Of a DNA stretch of 64,000 bases, positions 57,927 through 64,000 are shown in pieces; position 1 is the stretch's first letter; each line of letters begins with the position of its first letter. The position numbers were made by a program, and so were the translations under genes. Source of the stretch: Candidatus Komeilibacteria bacterium (GTDB lineage: Bacteria > Patescibacteriota > Patescibacteriia > UBA1558); contig JBLYPW010000002.1 of NCBI GenBank assembly GCA_048538275.1, positions 103,927 to 167,926 on the forward strand. Reading direction: 5' to 3'. Under the pieces are notes generated by a model. The model was not told where the DNA came from. It saw only the letters and a program-made list of their open reading frames with translations, and did not search any database.

Positions 57927-60065
57927 ATGAAAAAAATTTATTTGATTTCACTCATAACAATCGTAGTAGGTTTAATATTTTATACACTACCTCATTGGTT
58001 TAGTTTTTTGTGGGGTTTTCAACTTTTATTATTGCCCATGTTAGCTGGTGTGTTGATGGTATTAGTTCAGAATGAAGATAGGACTTATAGGTTTTTACCA
58101 AAACTTATTACTGGGTCATTGATAGCAAGTTTTGTTTATTTAATTTTATTGCAAGTAATCGAATATGATCATGATGGTTATTTTGTTTTTTTTGGTTTTT
58201 TAATGCCAGCATTATTTTTAACAGGTGTTAGTATATTCGGTGGTTTAGTAGGAATTGTTATTAAAGGTACCGCTTTGTTATTGAATATAAAATCCGAATC
58301 GAAATTTATTTTAATAGTTAAGAAAATATTTGGAGGATTATTTTTAAGTATAGATTCGATTTTAACATTGATAGCTATTGTATTTTTTTTGATAGTAGCG
58401 TTTTATCCTTCAAGCTCTTGGCTCAACATGGTTATGGTTGATTTTAGAGTAATAGATGTAGTTGGATTTTTTAATTATTATTTGTTGCTTATCTCTGTAT
58501 TATTTATTTTTACAACACCGTTGATATTTGTCACTAATTTAGGTTTAATTTTACTGTTTCCTCTAAAAAGATATTTGAATAAAAAATTATCTTCTCGTTT
58601 AATCATTTATTTTTTTATCTTTTTAGCCGTTTTTCTTTTATCGTCTTCTTATTTGAATTCTAAATTTGAATTAAAGAAAGCAGAAATGAAAAAAAATAAT
58701 ACTAAAGAACATTTTGATATTAAAGATTTTAACAAAATAAATGTTTCGCGTTTTGTTGAATTTGATGAGATAAAAATTATTCAAGGCGATAAATTTGATA
58801 TAGTGGTTAAGGGTAGTCAATATGACCAAATAGGACTTGATATTGAAAAAAACGATGATAAAACATTAGTAATAAAAAGATCAGAGCTTGAAACGTATTA
58901 TAATACTGAAACTTGGACAATGGAGAATGAAGATTCTTTGTTTCCTGCTGGTACTAAGCATTTGGTTATAGAAATAATTATGCCCGATATTGAAAAGATT
59001 GTTTTAGATGGAGGTCATATAGAACTGGTAGATTTTGATGTTGATAATGTTGACATCGAACTCAATAAGCGATTTACTGATATCAAAGGTAATATCATAG
59101 TTGAAGACACATTAAAACTAGATGCTAAAGGAGGCGTAATTAATTTGTCTGGTTCGGCTAAAAATTTAATCATAAATTCAGGCGACTGTTGGATTGAAAT
59201 GGATAAATTTATAGTTCAAGATGCCATTATTGATGCAGTAAATACCAGCAGATTGAATGTGAATGTAAGTAATAATATGGAAATAGAAATAAACAAAAAT
59301 TCTGGTATCACAAATCATAATAATAGTGAAGTTTGGGATTCAGAAATTCAGGAGCTAGCGTTTAAACTCAAATCAAGTATTTCTGGTATAAATATCAGTT
59401 TTCCGAAGGATTCATCTCTTTGGTGGAATGATGAGGATGGCTATAGTATTTTAGTTCCTGGAAACGAATCAATTGAAGTTGTTGGGGATGATGGTGTTAG
59501 GTCTGATAATTTTGCTGAAAGTAGTTTTGTCGCTGAGTTGTTGGATATTACTAAACAAGTGTTATCTACTAGGGGATTTATTTTAAATGAGAGTAATTCA
59601 TCTGCAAATATAATGGATAAGAAGTTTTATGACTATGTTCGAGCATATAAAAATGATGATAAGTTGTGTGTAGTTAGGGTTAATCCTGATTATAGCTCTT
59701 ATGGTTGTACTGATAATATGTTGATGTGTAATGTGGTAGAGATAACCTGTGGTAATGATTTAGCTGGAAGCCAGGTTCAACAAAGACCGTTTTTAGAAGC
59801 ACTTGAACTGCAAAACAAAGAAACAATTGTACAAATCATAAAACAAATTGGAGATTTTTATAAAGTTGCTATTAGCTATCGTCGTACTGGTTCAACAGGA
59901 GTTGTTAAAAAAGAGGATGGTGGTTTACGACTTTTATATACGAGTCAAGAAGATCCACATTGTGAAATAGTAGAAACAGAACGTATTCCAAGTAATGTAC
60001 TTGAGGGTTTTGAAATAAATGGCTGTTGGACTGAAAATGGGTATAGAAAATTTAGTGGAAATTAA
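57927..60065 (+). CDS. Multi-TM protein with a DUF2807/GIN-like beta-helix and an extracellular C-terminal domain
   Basis: About 7 TM helices, then IKDFNKINV...INLSGSAKNL repeats. Confidence 0.65.
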   Translation: MKKIYLISLITIVVGLIFYTLPHWFSFLWGFQLLLLPMLAGVLMVLVQNEDRTYRFLPKLITGSLIASFVYLILLQVIEYDHDGYFVFFGFLMPALFLTGVSIFGGLVGIVIKGTALLLNIKSESKFILIVKKIFGGLFLSIDSILTLIAIVFFLIVAFYPSSSWLNMVMVDFRVIDVVGFFNYYLLLISVLFIFTTPLIFVTNLGLILLFPLKRYLNKKLSSRLIIYFFIFLAVFLLSSSYLNSKFELKKAEMKKNNTKEHFDIKDFNKINVSRFVEFDEIKIIQGDKFDIVVKGSQYDQIGLDIEKNDDKTLVIKRSELETYYNTETWTMENEDSLFPAGTKHLVIEIIMPDIEKIVLDGGHIELVDFDVDNVDIELNKRFTDIKGNIIVEDTLKLDAKGGVINLSGSAKNLIINSGDCWIEMDKFIVQDAIIDAVNTSRLNVNVSNNMEIEINKNSGITNHNNSEVWDSEIQELAFKLKSSISGINISFPKDSSLWWNDEDGYSILVPGNESIEVVGDDGVRSDNFAESSFVAELLDITKQVLSTRGFILNESNSSANIMDKKFYDYVRAYKNDDKLCVVRVNPDYSSYGCTDNMLMCNVVEITCGNDLAGSQVQQRPFLEALELQNKETIVQIIKQIGDFYKVAISYRRTGSTGVVKKEDGGLRLLYTSQEDPHCEIVETERIPSNVLEGFEINGCWTENGYRKFSGN

Positions 60066-60161
60066 TTTAAATTGTATCCAAGTTTAGTAAAATGGAGAAT
60101 GGCTGTTATTCTAGAGACTTGATTACAGTTCGAATGTTAGCCTTGAAGAGTTTAACAAAAG

Positions 60162-60192
60162 AGTTCTAAAGTTGTCCCGGTATGCGAGCCAA
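60162..60192 (+). repeat. 31-bp direct repeat, copy 1
   Basis: agttctaaagttgtcccggtatgcgagccaa, identical to 61448-61478. Confidence 0.92.
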
Positions 60193-60352
60193 TTTTTTAA
60201 GGGATTTTTAGCAGATAATTGCAGATTGCAGCGATTGAGGTTATAGTAATGCAGCAATAAATTGTTGTTTTTATTACTAAATTTGATGATTTATATATAT
60301 TATGCAGCAATAACGTATTTGAAATGCAGCAATTAAGTGCTATAATAAAAGC

Positions 60353-61399
60353 ATGAATAAGAGGCAAAAAAGACAACAAAAAATAATTACTTTTATAAAG
60401 AGTAAAGATAAGGTATCTAACTCTGAAATTTTAGATTTCCTTGGTGGTACAATTGAAAGAACGACATTGCAAAGAGATTTAAATTCTTTACAAAAACAAG
60501 GTTTTATTCTGAAAACTGGGCTTGGTCGGAGTACAGTTTATACCATTGCAGATATAAATAGAATATCCTTACCAGTTGATATTAAAGAATATTTCAATAT
60601 CCCATATTTGAATAGAGATATAAAAGAGACTTTCAATTTTGATATATTTAATATTTTGAATGACGATATTTTTACAGTAGAAGAAAAAGATAAGTTAGAG
60701 AAGCTACAGGCAGATTTCGTTAAAAATTTTTCCAAATATGATAGTCAAACGATTATTAATAAGGAGTTTGAGAGAATAATGATTGAATTTTCTTGGAAGT
60801 CGTCGGTTATTGAAGGAAACACATATTCACTTTTAGGTACCGAAGCTTTGATAAAAAATAATATTATTGGAAAAGGTAAGACTGAAAAAGAAACCCAGAT
60901 GATCATTAATCATAAGGACGCTTTTAACGAGGCAATTCAAAATAAAAATAAATTTATAAAATTACATTCTTCCAGTATTGAATATATTCATTCAGTTTTG
61001 ATTAAGAAATTAGGAATTTCTAAGAATATAAGAAATGAAGGTGTTGGAATTACTGGTACAAAATATAGACCCCTGGATAATAGTTATCAAATTAATGAGG
61101 CAATGCAGAAAATGATAGACTTGATTAATAAGAAAGAATCGTTTTTTGAAAAAGCTTTTTTAGTATTGATTTTTATTTCCTATATTCAGATTTTTGAGGA
61201 TGGGAATAAAAGAACTTCTCGCATGATTTCTAATGCTATTTTATTAGCACACAACTCAATACCACTTTCTTATAGAATTGTTGATGTTGAGGAATACAAA
61301 AAAGCTGTCATACTATTTTATGAAATAAATAATATTTCTTATTTTAAACAAATATTTATTGAGCAGTTTGAAGATGCGGTTAATAATTATTTTAGGTAG
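60353..61399 (+). CDS. Fic family protein with N-terminal HTH
   Basis: RTTLQRDL HTH; SSVIEGN; QIFEDGNKRTSR. Confidence 0.92.
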   Translation: MNKRQKRQQKIITFIKSKDKVSNSEILDFLGGTIERTTLQRDLNSLQKQGFILKTGLGRSTVYTIADINRISLPVDIKEYFNIPYLNRDIKETFNFDIFNILNDDIFTVEEKDKLEKLQADFVKNFSKYDSQTIINKEFERIMIEFSWKSSVIEGNTYSLLGTEALIKNNIIGKGKTEKETQMIINHKDAFNEAIQNKNKFIKLHSSSIEYIHSVLIKKLGISKNIRNEGVGITGTKYRPLDNSYQINEAMQKMIDLINKKESFFEKAFLVLIFISYIQIFEDGNKRTSRMISNAILLAHNSIPLSYRIVDVEEYKKAVILFYEINNISYFKQIFIEQFEDAVNNYFR

Positions 61400-61447
61400 T
61401 ATTTTTTATAAGAACATTGCCATCTAATTGTTGTTTGTGGTTAAAAA

Positions 61448-61478
61448 AGTTCTAAAGTTGTCCCGGTATGCGAGCCAA
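61448..61478 (+). repeat. 31-bp direct repeat, copy 2
   Basis: Identical to 60162-60192. Confidence 0.92.
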
Positions 61479-61547
61479 AAGACCATTCATGATAATAAGT
61501 GGTTTTTTTGTTTTGACTTTTATTTAAGAACATAAGATAATAAGACC

Positions 61548-62264
61548 ATGGATATAATTTTATTAGATACAGAAACCACCGGTATTGATCAAGACGCGCG
61601 ATTAGTACAGTTGGCTTATAAAAATTTGAGTAGCGGTAAATCTGTAAATGAATTTTTCAAGCCGCCGATACCTATTTCTATTAAGGCTCAGGCTACGCAT
61701 CATATTACAGAGCGAGAGGTAGCCGATAAGCCAGCCTTTATCAATAGTGATTGGCAAAAACAATTGATCCAAGAGCTAGCAGATAATATCATGGTGGCAC
61801 ATAATGCGCCTTATGACATTCGTATTCTCAACAATGAAAAAGTAGCGGTCAATAAATTTATAGACACACTGCGTGTCTCTCGGCATTTATTGGAGAGTGA
61901 AGAGTATAATATGCAGTATTTACGCTATGCTTTAGATCTTAATGTTACTGCTTTGGCGCACAATGCCATGGGGGATGTAGCTGTCTTGGAGGCATTGTTT
62001 AATTATTTGTGTAATTTTATTAAAGCAAAGCATACGGTGGCGAGCGACGCAGAGGTTTATGATCTGATGCTGCATTTGACCGAACAGCCGGTTTTATTGC
62101 GAGTGATGAATTTTGGCAAGCACAAGGGTAAGTTTTTTAAAGACGTGGCCGAGTATGATATAAACTATCTGCAATGGTTGTATGATAAACAAATGGAGAA
62201 TGACATGCTTGGTCGCAATGAGGACCTTATTCATACTTTGGAGCAGTATTTGGGGATCAAATAG
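61548..62264 (+). CDS. DEDDh 3'-5' exonuclease (ExoX/DnaQ-like)
   Basis: LDTETTG, AHNAPYD and HNAMGD; C-terminal FGKHKG...YLQWL. Confidence 0.9.
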   Translation: MDIILLDTETTGIDQDARLVQLAYKNLSSGKSVNEFFKPPIPISIKAQATHHITEREVADKPAFINSDWQKQLIQELADNIMVAHNAPYDIRILNNEKVAVNKFIDTLRVSRHLLESEEYNMQYLRYALDLNVTALAHNAMGDVAVLEALFNYLCNFIKAKHTVASDAEVYDLMLHLTEQPVLLRVMNFGKHKGKFFKDVAEYDINYLQWLYDKQMENDMLGRNEDLIHTLEQYLGIK

Positions 62265-62350
62265 TAGAGTAATACTTGTTTTGTATTGCTAGATGTAAAT
62301 AAAAAAGGCGCTAAGTTTGGATACTCAACGCCTTGATAGCGGTTTATGTT

Positions 62351-62653
62351 TTAATCATCAAACCTGATTTTGTATATTTTGGTCAAAGGCAGGTTTATTA
62401 GTGAGCCACCTGATGGAATAGTTTGACGCACTGTGATAGATTTTTCACCTTTTAATTTTGCTGCTTCAATAATTTTGAGCGTATCTTTTGCAGTATATTC
62501 GTTAATATCCCGTGATATGCCTGATTTAGCTACATAAAATATCAACGGCCAAGCTAGAAACGACACTACTCCCATAAGAAGCATCAAAAAAGTGCAACTG
62601 ATCGTGGCCATTAAAACTGGTACTAGATTATTGGTTGAAGTAGTGATACGCAT
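62351..62653 (-). CDS. Hypothetical membrane protein
   Basis: 100-aa ORF with a TM segment. Confidence 0.55.
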   Translation of the reverse strand: MRITTSTNNLVPVLMATISCTFLMLLMGVVSFLAWPLIFYVAKSGISRDINEYTAKDTLKIIEAAKLKGEKSITVRQTIPSGGSLINLPLTKIYKIRFDD

Positions 62654-62658
62654 AATAT

Positions 62659-63009
62659 TTAGCCTATCTCCACTACAGTGGTTACTCCTGCCATTTCACC
62701 TTGTCCAAAGAACGTGTTTGCTTTGGTATCGCTGTAAGAACGGGCTTTGAATCGCTTTTCATCTGACCACCTATTTTGCAGCCATGTACAAATGATATCA
62801 CGATTATGAGATGAAAGTTTGCGAATGGTTTCATTTCGTTCAGAGACACGTTGATTAAACAAAACCTTACGAGTCACTTTGTTAAATACTTGGGGATCGG
62901 TTTCGGCGATTACCGATAATGAGTCAGGTTGATGGATTAATGACCAATCATAATAATTATTTGGGTATAAACCGTTTTTTGGTAGAATTAGTGATTTTTC
63001 GTTTAACAT
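62659..63009 (-). CDS. Hypothetical protein
   Basis: ATG at 63009 with AAGGAG upstream. Confidence 0.55.
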   Translation of the reverse strand: MLNEKSLILPKNGLYPNNYYDWSLIHQPDSLSVIAETDPQVFNKVTRKVLFNQRVSERNETIRKLSSHNRDIICTWLQNRWSDEKRFKARSYSDTKANTFFGQGEMAGVTTVVEIG

Positions 63010-63365
63010 GATAGACTCCTTTGGTTTGATTTTAGGTTTTAAATGAACTAATTTCATCATATAGATATATAAAAAAGATGTCAATATATGTACTGTAGTA
63101 GATGAAAGATACTTTTTAAGGATAAATATTATTTAAAATTTAATAAAGCAGAGCGGATATTTGCTCCGGATCTGGGAAATTATAATGATTTGGTAGTGGA
63201 GCATGATAAATTGTATATAGTAAGCATAGATAGCTCATTACTAAAGAAATTAATCACGCAATAATTATTTGTTGCGCTTGATTGTCATTGATTCTTGCTT
63301 ATTGGCATAATTTATGTTAAACCATAAAGAGAATGTCTGATGTACTTTCAAACAAGGAGGGAAAT

Positions 63366-63761
63366 ATGGTAAGGGATGTTCACCCTATTCGTAAGCGTGC
63401 GATGATCACTGTTTATTTTTTGGCATTTTCCATGATTGGCATTTTAATTCTTATGCATCGTCATGATTGGCGCCATTATACTGACGTGGTGGGGCGGAAG
63501 GTTTATGCTAAAGGAAATTGTGTCATCTATGTTTGGGCAGATAGTCTGCGCGTGGAGGCGTATTCTCCGGAGGATAATATTAAACAGATTATTCACGTGA
63601 GTGACAATTATTGGCAGCAAGATGATTATTTGATTTCTAATAATGGTTCTTTGTTGGTTACTTGTTTAAAGACAAATGTTTTTCAAAATAAGTATCTTCC
63701 TTATTTGCGCTATTTGCCGACAGATATCCAGCGGCGTTTATTAGCGGTGATGCCTAGGTAA
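63366..63761 (+). CDS. Hypothetical membrane-anchored protein
   Basis: AAGGAGG upstream; one TM segment. Confidence 0.6.
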   Translation: MVRDVHPIRKRAMITVYFLAFSMIGILILMHRHDWRHYTDVVGRKVYAKGNCVIYVWADSLRVEAYSPEDNIKQIIHVSDNYWQQDDYLISNNGSLLVTCLKTNVFQNKYLPYLRYLPTDIQRRLLAVMPR

Positions 63762-63851
63762 AAAAAGCCACACCCTTGAGTAATATCAAGGGTTTTTTAT
63801 TAGTTTTAAAAAATGCTATAATAAAAAAAGTTATAATTAACAAAAAGATTT

Positions 63852-64000
63852 ATGCAATTACAAGGCAAAGTCGCCATTATTACTGGCGCCGGTAGCGGTA
63901 TTGGTTTGGCTACTGCCAAGCGTTTTTTAGCAGCTGGCGCAAGCGTTGTATTGTCTGATATTAAGCCCGGTGAAGCGATGAAAGTGGTGCAGGATAATCC
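63852..64000 (+). CDS. SDR family oxidoreductase (partial, runs off the window)
   Basis: [18 protein letters not shown] (TGxxxGxG). Confidence 0.9.
   Translation, partial: MQLQGKVAIITGAGSGIGLATAKRFLAAGASVVLSDIKPGEAMKVVQDN

Noticed and set aside
60075-60145. tRNA-like fragment containing gttcgaat
   Set aside because: No consistent cloverleaf stems can be formed.
1-64000. Alternative genetic code 25, as in Gracilibacteria/Absconditabacteria
   Set aside because: Conserved genes are full length under code 11, and TGA terminates thyA and other genes at the expected positions.

Overview
Bacterial chromosomal window, genetic code 11. Gene content and protein styles suggest a Patescibacteria/CPR (Parcubacteria-like) genome; this is inference. 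Housekeeping blocks include rplA, a six-gene dTTP operon, ldh, asnS/aspS, scpAB-rluB, tpiA-fba, a PerR/Fur-rubredoxin-AhpC-SOD cluster, rpmG, hup, a ROK/GH1 sugar cluster, a CIRCE-controlled hrcA-grpE-hsp20-dnaK-dnaJ operon, cysS, corA and dnaX. There are six intact tRNAs, and accessory DNA clusters at them. (1) After tRNA-Trp and an internally deleted IS200 lies an AT-rich four-gene island (25109-29854). It encodes a GT2 glycosyltransferase fused to a branched-chain polyamine synthase (BpsA-like) domain, an ATP-grasp ligase fused to a SAM-decarboxylase-like domain, a GT-B glycosyltransferase and a gamma-glutamylcyclotransferase. This is the best candidate for an undescribed aminopropyl/glycosyl modification system. 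(2) Duplicated 5' halves of tRNA-Tyr and tRNA-Pro are interrupted by short GC-rich palindromes that share a GCC-ACA-GGC hairpin; the Tyr copy is linked to a duplicated GIY-YIG nuclease. (3) After tRNA-Gln, an island carries a non-canonical Fic gene flanked by 31-bp direct repeats. All family calls come from motif recognition by eye, not database searches.
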